DNA from: Candidatus Gottesmanbacteria bacterium
Lineage (GTDB): Bacteria > Patescibacteriota > Microgenomatia > UBA10105 > UBA927
DNA: 64,000 nt
NCBI GenBank assembly: GCA_963714095.1
Contig: OY970230.1
Span: 895,907 to 959,906, forward strand
Direction of reading: 5' to 3'
Shown here: in pieces, positions 9,184-19,167 of the stretch
Layout: each line of letters starts with the position of its first letter
How positions within the stretch are numbered: position 1 is the first letter of the stretch
Made by a program: the position numbers and the translations under genes
Notes under the pieces: model-generated
What the model was told of the DNA's origin: nothing
What the model saw: only the letters and a program-made list of their open reading frames with translations
Database searches by the model: none

Positions 9184-9888
9184 TTACTCTGCCGGAGGAT
9201 TTCCGTAGATAACCACTTCTGTCCCAGGATTCGTAGCCGTCGCGAGCGTACTCCATGCGGTGGGATCGGCGACCGTAGGCGTTGTCCAGTCCCAAAGTTT
9301 TGCGGCATCTTCCGTGCGCATGTTCACGCATCCGTGGCTCATGGGATGGCCGAAATTATTGTGCCAATACGTGCCGTGAAAGCTGAAGCCCTTGGATTTG
9401 TCTACCTCGTCATTGTAAAAAAATTCAACGTAGGGGACATTCGGCAGATAATAATAGGTGCCGTCGGTAGTGCTTCCGCCGGTCATGAGCTGGCTGCGAA
9501 CTTTCGCCCAAATGTGGAACGTTCCGGTCGGCGTGGGCCCCCATTTACCGGTGGAAACGATAAAATTAAACACCTGACGGTTGCCTTCATAGGCATAGAC
9601 CTGTTGATTGGTTAGATCCACCTCAATGCGTTTGTCGTTGGCGGTCGTGACGCCCAAAACGCGGCTGGTTTGGCGAAGATCCGCAAGTATCGGGGGCACG
9701 ACAATGGTCCCGTGAAATTGGGCGTAATGAGTATCTATTGGGCGCGGAAGAGATTCCCCGGCGATAAGTTTGGATAACGACAGAGGATCCGCAAGCGGTT
9801 CGTTTTGACTACGCGCCTGTTTGGATTGCTGAAGAATAAATGCAGCGATAAAGAGGACAATACAGCTGATAAGAAGAAGTTTTTTCAT
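9184..9888 (-). CDS. L,D-transpeptidase (YkuD domain) with an N-terminal membrane anchor.
   Basis: Catalytic region FHGTYWHNNFGHPMSHGCVNM (His/Cys active site). Confidence 0.8.
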   Translation of the reverse strand: MKKLLLISCIVLFIAAFILQQSKQARSQNEPLADPLSLSKLIAGESLPRPIDTHYAQFHGTIVVPPILADLRQTSRVLGVTTANDKRIEVDLTNQQVYAYEGNRQVFNFIVSTGKWGPTPTGTFHIWAKVRSQLMTGGSTTDGTYYYLPNVPYVEFFYNDEVDKSKGFSFHGTYWHNNFGHPMSHGCVNMRTEDAAKLWDWTTPTVADPTAWSTLATATNPGTEVVIYGNPPAE

Positions 9889-10631
9889 TGACTAGGTATA
9901 GTAAATATAAATACGTCGGATTGGATTTCTTTGCCCGATACATTGATGATAAAAAAATATTGGTAGGTGCCGGCCGGAATGTTCGGTATGGTGAGTTGAT
10001 GAGCGCGGTTATCGCTTGTTTGCATCAGGTGCGAAAAGTTTTGAAACGAAGGAATGTGAACCGTCACGGCTGCATCAACCCCGGTCGTTGCAGCGATAAG
10101 GACCGTGGTATAGTCGGCAGCGTGATAAACCGCATGATCGATAAGAATTTCTTTTGCCTGTAATCGGTTGTTTTGTTGCTGCTGTAAACCCTGAAAGGTT
10201 ACCGCGAGCCCTCCGGATAACAATAATAAGACAAGGCTGGCAAGAAGGATGCTGCCGACATTGGGCATCGCAACGTGCCAGATTTTATGGTATTGGATTT
10301 TCGCTTGCTGTGCTTTTTTGAATGCGGCAAGTTGCCCCGCTGGAAAAAAGTATCCGTGATGATTAGGGCACTCATAAACTGATACGTCGTCGGGGATATT
10401 GTCGCCGGTAGACCGCGCAAGCTTTTTGGTACAGACAGGACAATAATATGCGGGCGGGGCAGTTGTAGGAGCAGTAGCACGGTCAATGCCCGCTGTTTTT
10501 ATGAAATTCGCGGCGAATGAATCCATCCAGTAGCCTCGGCAACTTGGGCAGGTGGAATAAGAAACCGTCAGGCTGTTTTCGCCTTGCGCGGTATGGTTTA
10601 TCAGTTCTGCATCACCAAACGGGCACTTCAT
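9885..10631 (-). CDS. Zinc-ribbon (CxxC…CxxC) membrane protein, function unknown.
   Basis: Two CPxC pairs at the N-terminus. One central TM helix. Overlaps the downstream gene by 4 nt. Confidence 0.5.
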   Translation of the reverse strand: MKCPFGDAELINHTAQGENSLTVSYSTCPSCRGYWMDSFAANFIKTAGIDRATAPTTAPPAYYCPVCTKKLARSTGDNIPDDVSVYECPNHHGYFFPAGQLAAFKKAQQAKIQYHKIWHVAMPNVGSILLASLVLLLLSGGLAVTFQGLQQQQNNRLQAKEILIDHAVYHAADYTTVLIAATTGVDAAVTVHIPSFQNFSHLMQTSDNRAHQLTIPNIPAGTYQYFFIINVSGKEIQSDVFIFTIPSQ

Positions 10632-10650
10632 AGAACCAGTATAGCGTATT

Positions 10651-11358
10651 TTAATTCCACCGCGCGAAGAATTCGTAGGTAAGGAGTTTATTTTTCATAA
10701 AAAATGCAGTTTGAAAGGGAAGTTTCGCAATCGGGGAGACAAATTGGGACCGGTGTGCGTGCAGTGATTTCAGTTTTGCGATGATATCCCCCGGCCGTAA
10801 TTTCAGTTGAAAGTCCGGTTGCATGGGCTTGATATGTTTCTTTTTTGCCATCCAGACCGCGGGTGGTAACGTATAGGAGGGGGAGACCGTGATATACAAG
10901 AGCCGGACGGGTTTTTTTACCGTTTGGGTAACGAATGCGGATAATGCCACGTGGTCTGGGTGTCCGTAAACGCCGTCAGGTTCAAGCGTTGCGACGTGGG
11001 TAGGCTTAAATTCCTGAATATTTGTGCGGATGGTTGCTTTAATTTTTGCCTCAAGATTTTCCAAATTTCCGTCCGCGTAACGATAGATATGGAAGTCGTT
11101 AATTCCTAAAACACGAAAGGAGTGAATCAATTCTTTTTCGCGAACCTGCGCCAGATCATCCATCGCTTTAAGTCCGTACCGGAGCGTACTTTTTTCGCCG
11201 ACGGTCATTGTGATGACACGGGTCATGATTCCGTTGGCGCTGAGGATATGCAAAAGACCGCCGCAAAAAATCGCTTCATCATCGGGGTGCGGCATAACAA
11301 CAAGTATACGGCTCGTAAGAACTATTCCTATTGCGGAAAGCCTGTGTATTGTCACCAT
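10651..11358 (-). CDS. PIG-L/LmbE family N-acetylglucosaminyl deacetylase.
   Basis: VVMPHPDDEAIFCGG motif and HPDH motif. Confidence 0.75.
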   Translation of the reverse strand: MVTIHRLSAIGIVLTSRILVVMPHPDDEAIFCGGLLHILSANGIMTRVITMTVGEKSTLRYGLKAMDDLAQVREKELIHSFRVLGINDFHIYRYADGNLENLEAKIKATIRTNIQEFKPTHVATLEPDGVYGHPDHVALSAFVTQTVKKPVRLLYITVSPSYTLPPAVWMAKKKHIKPMQPDFQLKLRPGDIIAKLKSLHAHRSQFVSPIAKLPFQTAFFMKNKLLTYEFFARWN

Positions 11359-11376
11359 GATTTACTATTATAACCC

Positions 11377-11392
11377 ATGCTATACTAAATTT
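11377..11392 (+). promoter_or_regulatory. Extended -10 promoter element TGCTATACT placed 6 nt upstream of the ATG (putative leaderless mRNA).
   Basis: aTGcTATACTaaattt-ATG. The identical 17-mer recurs at 58433. Confidence 0.45.
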
Positions 11393-12016
11393 ATGAGTAA
11401 AACCGAACAATCGCTGTTTAAATCTTTTCTCGTATTTATTCTTCTGGTCGCAATCGGTGTTGTAATCACCATATGGTATCAACAGCGTACGGTGCTGACG
11501 GCAGAAGCAGCCAATCCCACTCCCACACCGGCACTCACGAAACAACCTATGGTACAGGAGACGTCGACGGATTCCTCTCATGCGGATAAAAAATTAATGC
11601 TGCGGACCACGCTTAAATCCGACGGTACGACGGAGTATTCGTATATCGTAGCAGATATATCAGGCGGAAATCCGAAGGTATTTTTTGATAAAACGCTGCA
11701 GGCGGGTGCCTCAATGGCACTTCCGTATAATAGTTGGGATCCGACCGATACGTATGTATTTTTGGAGGAACATAATTCTGGAACAGTGGACTATCTCGTG
11801 CTGAAGGCAGACGGTACACCGTTTGCCGACGGCAACCAATATATAGATGTCGGGGCCGTGTGGGCAAATAAGAACGTGGGCTACACCATCCGTACCGCCA
11901 CAGGGTGGGCATCGGGTACCTTACTTATTATATATACGACAGCGGGTGACGGATCGCACGGTCCGGCGTTCTGGTTTGAAATCCCCTCGACCGCAATTTT
12001 GCAGCTTGCCTCATGA
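11393..12016 (+). CDS. Membrane-anchored hypothetical protein (207 aa).
   Basis: Start set at Met (MSKTEQ) preceded by a TGCTATACT extended -10; the longer ORF overlaps the LmbE gene. N-terminal TM helix. Stop overlaps the next start (ATGA). Confidence 0.5.
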   Translation: MSKTEQSLFKSFLVFILLVAIGVVITIWYQQRTVLTAEAANPTPTPALTKQPMVQETSTDSSHADKKLMLRTTLKSDGTTEYSYIVADISGGNPKVFFDKTLQAGASMALPYNSWDPTDTYVFLEEHNSGTVDYLVLKADGTPFADGNQYIDVGAVWANKNVGYTIRTATGWASGTLLIIYTTAGDGSHGPAFWFEIPSTAILQLAS

Positions 12017-12879
12017 AAAAGAGTCATCCACGTTTGAAAATCTTTGGTATCGTCATGGTTTTGATTATTGGGGCCCTGGCAATATTCACGTATTATTATG
12101 TTCCTGGAATATTTATTTATCCGCCGCTTCACAGGTTTCAAAAATCTCCGGCTGCCTACATATCGCAACAGAAAAATATTTTGACCGGTGCGTCCATTTC
12201 TTTAATAGTCGAGGAACACGGGTCGCGGTTATTCCCAAAAGTCGCCCTTACATTTGATGCCGACATGACGCCCGGTATGAAGTTGATGCTTACAACCGGT
12301 GTCGTGAAATCATGGTATAACCGGCAAATACAACCAACGCTTGATCGGGAACACGTACCTGCTACCGTATTTCTTGGGGGATTATGGACGCAAACGTATC
12401 CAATTGAAGCGAAGGCATTGGCTGCTGATCCCCTTATTGAGATCGGTAACCATTCGTATAATCATTACGCGTTTACCTCGACATGTTTTGGGTTGCCATT
12501 TTGGTCTACCATCAAAGATAAAACCGACGATGTGGCAAAAGCGCAGGATATTATCAAAGCGACAACCGGAGTCACGCCGAAATATTTCCGTTTTCCGGGC
12601 GGATGTTTTGAGCATATTGATTTGGAAACAGTCGCAAAGTTAGGATTAACGATCGTCCATTGGGACGTAGTCGCCGATGACGGATTTAATGACAACACCG
12701 ATTCAATCGTCAATGCAGTGGAATCTCAGGTGCAAAACGGTTCGATTATCGTTATGCATATTCACGACGGATCCTATGCACCGAAAACAAATGACGCTTT
12801 AATACGGATTATTCCCGACCTCAAAAAACGCGGATTCCAATTTGTGAAAGTATCCGAATTATTGGCGGGGGAAGAGTAA
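12013..12879 (+). CDS. Polysaccharide deacetylase (NodB homology domain) with an N-terminal TM anchor.
   Basis: TFDADMTPG and GNHSYNH motifs typical of CE4 deacetylases. Confidence 0.8.
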   Translation: MKKSHPRLKIFGIVMVLIIGALAIFTYYYVPGIFIYPPLHRFQKSPAAYISQQKNILTGASISLIVEEHGSRLFPKVALTFDADMTPGMKLMLTTGVVKSWYNRQIQPTLDREHVPATVFLGGLWTQTYPIEAKALAADPLIEIGNHSYNHYAFTSTCFGLPFWSTIKDKTDDVAKAQDIIKATTGVTPKYFRFPGGCFEHIDLETVAKLGLTIVHWDVVADDGFNDNTDSIVNAVESQVQNGSIIVMHIHDGSYAPKTNDALIRIIPDLKKRGFQFVKVSELLAGEE

Positions 12880-12890
12880 ACGAAATACCC

Positions 12891-13157
12891 TTATTTCCCT
12901 TCGCAACATGTCATGTGCTGTCTATGCATCGATTTTTTCATCCAGCTGATAACAAGTAACAGAATTCCTCCGATCGTCCAGCCCACGTATGCAGGTAAAA
13001 AATAAGCCGCCATCATCCACGTAACGGCTCCGTATACAAAGGCAAGGATTCCGATTGTAAACAGTATATGTTTTCCGCCTCCGTGATGATGATGCATGGC
13101 ACCCGAGCCGCAGCAGGAACATCCGCAGTCACATTTTTTCCCCATTTCTTCTTTCAT
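12891..13157 (-). CDS. Small Cys/His-rich membrane protein, putatively metal-binding.
   Basis: CDCGCSCCGSGAMHHHHGGGKH followed by two TM helices and a C-terminal CC pair. Good Shine-Dalgarno (AAAGGAGGG) 8 nt upstream. Confidence 0.5.
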   Translation of the reverse strand: MKEEMGKKCDCGCSCCGSGAMHHHHGGGKHILFTIGILAFVYGAVTWMMAAYFLPAYVGWTIGGILLLVISWMKKSMHRQHMTCCEGK

Positions 13158-13469
13158 AGTATTCCCTCCTTTAAATATATATCTACTATCTCACAAATAC
13201 CCCGAAGAGCGCAAGGTGGGTAGTCAAATTTCAGTGTTCAGTGAGCCACCTCATTATAAATACGAGGTAGCCAATAGTATACGTAAGTCATAGAAAAAAA
13301 CGAGAGAATTATTAAAACAAGTACTATCGTTATAATTAATTTTTTATTTCTATTCCAAACGGTACTCTCGTTAATTCTATTTAATTTTTTTCTTTTTCTG
13401 CAATAAGGTTGTCTAAAGAATCCTTCATAGGTAAATTATCAAAAAAAAGTTCCGCCGTCATTATTTTTG

Positions 13470-13540
13470 CAGGGCCACGTGGAGTCGAACCACGATCAGA
13501 GGTTTTGGAGACCCCTATTCTACCATTGAACTATGGCCCT
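13470..13540 (-). tRNA. tRNA-Trp (anticodon CCA).
   Basis: Hand-folded cloverleaf with anticodon loop CUCCAAA, G73 discriminator, no encoded CCA. Coordinates ±2. Confidence 0.85.
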
Positions 13541-13555
13541 AGTGGATTAATTATA

Positions 13556-14071
13556 TCACGGGAGGATTTGGAGGGTTTTGATCGCCGCGTTAAAGGCGTC
13601 CCCGTAGCCGGCAACAAATGTGTCCATGCCGTTCGTGGGGTGGCGGAAAATGACGGCATCAATCGGGGTCCCGTTCTCGGCGGAATTTTCGTGATAAAGT
13701 TTTGCTGATACGCTGGCACCCGCAGTCGCGGGAATGGTAAACATTTCTATTTTGTCGGCCGTAAGTGCCGGGCGCGGGATAGCTTTTTGGCACGTGAGGG
13801 TTATGGACTGCGTTTTATCAGTAGGATTACTGAATATCGCGCTTCCGGAAGCGTTTTCCAATACGGTAAAGTCTGACGGGTACGAAAATGAGAATCCGCA
13901 ATACGTATCCGTATATGTTTTGATTGTGATATCAGGGGTCGGAGTCGGGGTTGGAGACGGTATCGGCACCGAAACTGTTTGTTTTTGGAGACTTTTACCT
14001 ATATTCACGCCGACAAGAAGCGCGGCGCAGATTGCAAGTACTATCACCAGCAGGTAGGTATTCCGATGCAT
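13556..14071 (-). CDS. Secreted/membrane-anchored hypothetical protein with a PTPTPTP linker.
   Basis: N-terminal hydrophobic signal/anchor. Low-complexity Pro-Thr stretch. Confidence 0.5.
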   Translation of the reverse strand: MHRNTYLLVIVLAICAALLVGVNIGKSLQKQTVSVPIPSPTPTPTPDITIKTYTDTYCGFSFSYPSDFTVLENASGSAIFSNPTDKTQSITLTCQKAIPRPALTADKIEMFTIPATAGASVSAKLYHENSAENGTPIDAVIFRHPTNGMDTFVAGYGDAFNAAIKTLQILP

Positions 14072-14294
14072 ACGACATTAATCGAGTTTGCTCGTTTCTT
14101 TGTGTTGCGTGTGTTTTTTACAATACCGGCAATATTTATTCAGCGTAAGTTTTTCCGGCGTATTTATTTTATTGCGGACTGAAATATAGTTTTGATGTTT
14201 ACAGACAGAGCAGACGAGTGCAAGCAACTGTCGTTGATCTTTTTTGGCCATAGGCACTTATTATACCGTACTGGTGAGGGTTTCTCAACTTTCT

Positions 14295-14681
14295 TTATTC
14301 GCGCATGACGAGGTGTTCCTCAAACCGTTTCGCTTCAAAAAATTTGACGCAAAAATCACGGGTTTTTTGCGGGTCGTACCATGCACAGGAAAAAATATTT
14401 AAATAAATACTTTTTTTGTACTCCGAAAAATGTGCGGTGACGGAACTGGTTTCAATTAACTGCACTAAAGAGTAGCCGCTGGTCATCGGGTTTTCATGAC
14501 CGAAGTGAGGAATGAATGCTTCCCCATACCGTTTCATTTTTATGACATTGTCACACAGCTCGATAACGAATTTTTTTATTTCTTCACCCGAAGAAATTTT
14601 TTCCGGACTGCACTCATATAAATTCAGTGTGAGTTCCTGTCCGTAATATTGGTCGTATTTTTTGTCGGGTGCATTTAACAT
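14295..14681 (-). CDS. speH: S-adenosylmethionine decarboxylase proenzyme (small bacterial class 1).
   Basis: LNLYEC…IETSSVTAHFSE region resembles the pyruvoyl self-processing site (E-S) of AdoMetDC. Confidence 0.7.
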   Translation of the reverse strand: MLNAPDKKYDQYYGQELTLNLYECSPEKISSGEEIKKFVIELCDNVIKMKRYGEAFIPHFGHENPMTSGYSLVQLIETSSVTAHFSEYKKSIYLNIFSCAWYDPQKTRDFCVKFFEAKRFEEHLVMRE

Positions 14682-14860
14682 AAAAATAAATAAAAATAAT
14701 TTCCGTGTCTACTTAAATAATTGCATATATATATGAAATGTCAATGAGTATTTTCAAAATGAATACTTTTTTAGGATGGTGCAAGTATATTTTTTTGATA
14801 AAAAATATTTAAATGGGAATACTGCATGAAGAAATGCAGTGCGAATATCGGAACGACGGG

Positions 14861-14932
14861 AGCCTGGAGCGGGAATCGAACCCGCGACCACGTTCTTACC
14901 AAGAACGTGCTCTACCACTGAGCCACCCAGGC
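14861..14932 (-). tRNA. tRNA-Thr (anticodon GGU).
   Basis: Hand-folded cloverleaf with anticodon loop UUGGUAA and T-loop GGTTCGATTCC. Coordinates ±2. Confidence 0.85.
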
Positions 14933-15006
14933 GGCTTGTGCTATTGTATCAAATATTATACTTCGCGTGAATGATTTGTTTAACTTTGCCCGACTATATA
15001 TCTGTC

Positions 15007-15948
15007 ATGAAAAAGATATTGGTTACGGGCGCATTCGGACAGATAGGATCAGAGCTCGTTCCTGCATTACAAAAATCGTACGGGAAGAAAAACGTCATCG
15101 CCGTAGGACATACCCATATACCAAAAGATTTTGACGGAATTGTCGAATCAGTAGAAATTACGGACAATAAAGCAGTCACGACAGTGCTTAAAAAACATAA
15201 TGTCGGTACCATTTATCACCTCGTGTCACTTCTTTCCGCAAAAGGCGAAATAGATCCGTCTCTTACATGGACCATTAATATGAGCGGATTAAAAACAGTG
15301 CTTGATTACGCCGTTGAAAATAAGTTGAAAGTTTTTTGGCCCAGCTCCATTGCTGCATTCGGCCCGACAACTCCGCGGGTTAAAACCCCGCAGCGGACGG
15401 TTTTGGAACCAACGACAATGTACGGAGTCACGAAGTGTGCAGGGGAAAATCTCGTGAATTATTATCACTCGAAGTACGGTGTCGATGTGCGAAGCGTACG
15501 GTATCCGGGACTAATCAGCTGGAAAGCGCCGCCCGGCGGGGGAACCACGGATTTTGCCGTCGCTATTTTTTATGACGGGCTGCAAAAGGGGAGCTATGAA
15601 TGTTTTGTCCGTCCGGATACAAAATTGCCGATGATGTATATGGACGACGGAATCCGGGCAACGATCGAGCTTATGCAAGCAGACTCAAAAAAATTGACTA
15701 TTCACAACAGTTATAATCTTGCAGCAATTAGTTTCACCGCGCAGGATTTAGCAAAAGAAATTAATAAGCATATAAAAGTGAAAGTGACATACAAATCGGA
15801 TTTTCATCAGAAGATTGCAGACTCGTGGCCGCAGTCGATTGATGATTCACTTGCCCGACGTGATTGGGGATGGCGCCACGAGTTTACGCTTGCGAAAATG
15901 ACGGAGGTGATGATTAAGAATTTGAAAGTGAAATTCACCGTGGTATAA
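15007..15948 (+). CDS. tdh: NAD-dependent epimerase/dehydratase-family L-threonine 3-dehydrogenase (SDR type).
   Basis: [17 protein letters not shown] Rossmann motif. Followed immediately by kbl (operon logic). Start taken at the internal Met. Confidence 0.65.
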   Translation: MKKILVTGAFGQIGSELVPALQKSYGKKNVIAVGHTHIPKDFDGIVESVEITDNKAVTTVLKKHNVGTIYHLVSLLSAKGEIDPSLTWTINMSGLKTVLDYAVENKLKVFWPSSIAAFGPTTPRVKTPQRTVLEPTTMYGVTKCAGENLVNYYHSKYGVDVRSVRYPGLISWKAPPGGGTTDFAVAIFYDGLQKGSYECFVRPDTKLPMMYMDDGIRATIELMQADSKKLTIHNSYNLAAISFTAQDLAKEINKHIKVKVTYKSDFHQKIADSWPQSIDDSLARRDWGWRHEFTLAKMTEVMIKNLKVKFTVV

Positions 15949-15958
15949 TGCACTGCGT

Positions 15959-17152
15959 ATGCATCAGAATGATCCCTTGAAACCATATTACGATTCGATT
16001 GCTCAGATGAAGGAGAAAGGTTTGTATACGACCCTTCGTACCGTTGAGTCCCCGCAGGGCGCATGGCTTATCGTAAACGGGAAACGTGTTTTGAATTTTT
16101 GCTCCAACAATTATTTGGGATTTGCATCCGATAAACGGTTGGTTGACGCAGTGACACGTGCGGTACGTGAGTATGGTGTGGGACCCGGTGCCGTTCGTAC
16201 ATTGTCGGGAAATCTGAAACTCCATGAACAGGCAGAAAGTGCGATTGCGCGTTTTAAACAGGCGGAGGCAGCATTTTTACTGCCGAGCGGATTTGTCGCT
16301 AACATCGTTGCCATACAGACCATCATGGGGAAAGAAGATGTTGTTATTTCCGACGAACTCAATCATGCTTCCATCATTGATGCCATAAAAATCGCGCAAA
16401 TTAAAAATAAATTTATCTATCGACACAGTGACATGAAGGATCTGGAACGGGTTTTGAAAGTTGCAAAGAAAATTCCGGGACATCATATCATCATGATCGC
16501 AACGGACGGGGTGTTTAGTATGGACGGTGATATTGCCAAACTTCCCGCAATCGTGAGGCTTGCCAAAAAATACGGTGCCATCACGATGGTGGACGATGCA
16601 CACGGTGAAGGAGTCTTGGGGGGTGGCAGGGGGATTGTGCATCACTTTAACCTTCACGGGAAAGTGGACATAGAAGTAGGTACATTTTCCAAAGCATTCG
16701 GATGTTTGGGTGGTGTTATCGCAGGGAAGAAAGAGCTTATCGAATATTATAAACAAAAAGCCCGTCCGTTTTTATTCTCCACAGGACTCACGGTTGCCGA
16801 TACCGCGGCAATTATTGAAGCCATCAGGGTGCTTACGAAATCAGCGTCGCTGGTCAATAAATTGTGGGACAATGCAGACTATCTTAAAAGAGGATTTAAG
16901 AAACTCGGATTCGATACGGGACATAGTGAAACGCCTATTACGCCCGTGATGCTCGGCGATGAAAATTTAGCAAAAAATTTCAGTGCAAGAATGTTTGAAA
17001 ACGGCGTATTCGCCACTCCCATAAAATATCCGATGGTAGCACTTGGTAAGGCCAGGATCCGCGTCATGCCCTCGGCTTCCCACAGCAAAAAAGATCTCGA
17101 CGTGGGGTTAGCAATGTTCGGTAAAGTTGGAAAAGAATTAGGCGTGCTGTAG
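15959..17152 (+). CDS. kbl: 2-amino-3-ketobutyrate CoA ligase (glycine C-acetyltransferase), PLP-dependent.
   Basis: Class-II aminotransferase fold with a PLP lysine in GTFSKAFG. Strong similarity pattern to Kbl. Confidence 0.85.
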   Translation: MHQNDPLKPYYDSIAQMKEKGLYTTLRTVESPQGAWLIVNGKRVLNFCSNNYLGFASDKRLVDAVTRAVREYGVGPGAVRTLSGNLKLHEQAESAIARFKQAEAAFLLPSGFVANIVAIQTIMGKEDVVISDELNHASIIDAIKIAQIKNKFIYRHSDMKDLERVLKVAKKIPGHHIIMIATDGVFSMDGDIAKLPAIVRLAKKYGAITMVDDAHGEGVLGGGRGIVHHFNLHGKVDIEVGTFSKAFGCLGGVIAGKKELIEYYKQKARPFLFSTGLTVADTAAIIEAIRVLTKSASLVNKLWDNADYLKRGFKKLGFDTGHSETPITPVMLGDENLAKNFSARMFENGVFATPIKYPMVALGKARIRVMPSASHSKKDLDVGLAMFGKVGKELGVL

Positions 17153-17161
17153 ACTAGGGGT

Positions 17162-18166
17162 GTGAGGAAATTACTTCTCGGTATTTTTATCGGTATACTT
17201 TTTTCTGTTGGCGCGTATTACGGCAAAAAAGCGGTTCAACAGTATGTTTCCTCGCTTGCAACCGTGTCTCCGATTTCTAAAATGCTTGAAAAACCTCTGG
17301 AAAAATATTCGATTCTCCGGCTGAGCGGTAGACAGTACGCCGGGAGTCAAATAATTTTGGATGCGCCAACGGCGACAACATCCGCGTACACAGTATATAC
17401 ATTTCACTATTTTTCAGATGGTAAAAAAGTTACAGGTGTGGCACACGTACCGCGTGGTGCAAGTGAACAAAACAAAAAACCTGTGATTATCCAATTTCGC
17501 GGATATGCAGATCGCGATAAATATTTTCCTGGTGAGGGAACAACCCCGAGTGCCGAAGTATACGCGGTCAACGGATATATTACACTTGCGCCGGATTTTT
17601 TGGGATACGGCGGATCGGATAAATCCTCGCCGGATGCATTTGAAGACCGGTTTCTTACGTATACGACCGCGTTGAATCTCCTGTCTTCCGTTAAAACATT
17701 GTCCATGGCAGATGCATCAAAGGTTGGTATTTGGGGACACAGCAACGGCGGGCAGATAGCACTTACTGTATTGGAAATTTTGGGAAGACCGGTACCGGCT
17801 ACCGTCTGGGCACCCGTTTCCAAACCGTTTCCGTATTCCATTTTATATTATACGGATGATGTCCCGGATCACGGGAAATTATTGAGGAAAGAGTTGGCAA
17901 CATTTGAACAGAATTACGACGTTGAGCAGTATTCATTAACCAATTATTTAAATCGCATTACGGGACCGATGCAGATTCATCAGGGAACCGCAGATACTTC
18001 AGTGCCTGTGAGCTGGAGTGATACGCTTGCACAAGCACTCGAAGCAAGCAGTAGCAGCACCGTGAATTATTTTGTTTATCCCGGTGCGGATCACAATATG
18101 CAGCCAAATGCATGGAATACAGTAGTACAACGGGATGTTATGTTTTTCGACAAATATCTACGCTGA
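17162..18166 (+). CDS. Alpha/beta hydrolase (S9/dienelactone-hydrolase-like) with an N-terminal anchor.
   Basis: GHSNGG nucleophile elbow (GxSxG). Downstream acidic and His residues. Confidence 0.6.
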   Translation: MRKLLLGIFIGILFSVGAYYGKKAVQQYVSSLATVSPISKMLEKPLEKYSILRLSGRQYAGSQIILDAPTATTSAYTVYTFHYFSDGKKVTGVAHVPRGASEQNKKPVIIQFRGYADRDKYFPGEGTTPSAEVYAVNGYITLAPDFLGYGGSDKSSPDAFEDRFLTYTTALNLLSSVKTLSMADASKVGIWGHSNGGQIALTVLEILGRPVPATVWAPVSKPFPYSILYYTDDVPDHGKLLRKELATFEQNYDVEQYSLTNYLNRITGPMQIHQGTADTSVPVSWSDTLAQALEASSSSTVNYFVYPGADHNMQPNAWNTVVQRDVMFFDKYLR

Positions 18167-18179
18167 TCGCACACCCCCA

Positions 18180-18680
18180 TTACGGAGTTGGGAATGTGAA
18201 CGTCGCACTGCATGAAGATGCGGCGTTGAGATCGTCCTTGAGTGCAACATCGACAACAGTCGGCACACCCGGCGTCAGTTGAATTCCGGCTGTTGTACAG
18301 CGGAATGTGCTGCCTCCGCGCTGCGGCATATCCGTCAGCGGACTGGATACCGTTTGTGTCGTGACAACCTTTTTATCGACGGACACGGTCATGACGCAGT
18401 CAACCTTCGACGCCTTTGAGATATCGCCGCCGGCAACCGTCAGATAATATTTCGCAAACCCGATGACCGGGTTATAATATTGTGTATCACATGCCAATTT
18501 CGTAATCGGTCCCGGTGTCGGCGTCGGGGTTATAACCTGAGCAACCGGCGTTGGTGCTGATTCGGGCGTAGATTTGCCGCGCAGTAAATATCCGGCAACT
18601 ACAACTGCGATAAGGACGATAAGTCCCAGGACATAATATTGTTTGGTTCCCATTGACTGGGATTGTTCTTCGTTTTCCAT
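18180..18680 (-). CDS. Membrane-anchored hypothetical protein with a PTPTPGP linker.
   Basis: TM helix near the N-terminus and a Pro-Thr linker. Confidence 0.4.
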   Translation of the reverse strand: MENEEQSQSMGTKQYYVLGLIVLIAVVVAGYLLRGKSTPESAPTPVAQVITPTPTPGPITKLACDTQYYNPVIGFAKYYLTVAGGDISKASKVDCVMTVSVDKKVVTTQTVSSPLTDMPQRGGSTFRCTTAGIQLTPGVPTVVDVALKDDLNAASSCSATFTFPTP

Positions 18681-18749
18681 ATGAATACCAATATAAAAGT
18701 ATTTTTTTTAAAATGCAAGAGGGTAATTTATTCATGATATACTTAGTCT

Positions 18750-19052
18750 ATGAGCGATACCAAAACACTGGTTGACAGGATTGGTGCCATGACGGAAGAA
18801 AACGGACATAGTAAGGACCCAAAAATTATTTTGCTTTTTCTCATGGAGGAACTAGGCGAGGTTGCCCGTGCGTATCTTAAGGAAGAAGGGCATAAAGAGG
18901 GGAATGACCGCGTGAGGGAAACGTTCCGGCAGGAGATGGGTGACGTATTTTATCTGCTTTTGCGCCTCGCCTGGGCTACGAATACGGATCTGGAAGCGGA
19001 ACTGGTTAAAACCGAAAAGAAGCTGCAGAAATCTTTGCGGTCACCCGTCTGA
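18750..19052 (+). CDS. MazG-like nucleotide pyrophosphohydrolase.
   Basis: LGEVARA…EMGDVFYLLLRLA motif pattern of the MazG/NTP-PPase family. Confidence 0.7.
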   Translation: MSDTKTLVDRIGAMTEENGHSKDPKIILLFLMEELGEVARAYLKEEGHKEGNDRVRETFRQEMGDVFYLLLRLAWATNTDLEAELVKTEKKLQKSLRSPV

Positions 19053-19079
19053 TATATTATTTGTTATAATATGTGATAT

Positions 19080-19164
19080 GTCAGGATGGCGGAGTGGACA
19101 ATCGCAACAGTCTGTAAAACTGTCGCCTTAACGGGCTACCCAGGTTCGAATCCTGGTCCTGACA
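19080..19164 (+). tRNA. tRNA-Tyr (anticodon GUA), class II with a long variable arm.
   Basis: Acceptor GUCAGGA/UCCUGAC, anticodon loop CUGUAAA, long variable arm. Confidence 0.85.
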
Positions 19165-19167
19165 CAT

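Noticed and set aside
13409-13719. ORFs 13409..13708 (+) and 13531..13719 (-) overlapping tRNA-Trp and the neighbouring gene.
   Set aside because: They overlap a clear tRNA cloverleaf and the better-supported gene 13556..14071. No coding signal.
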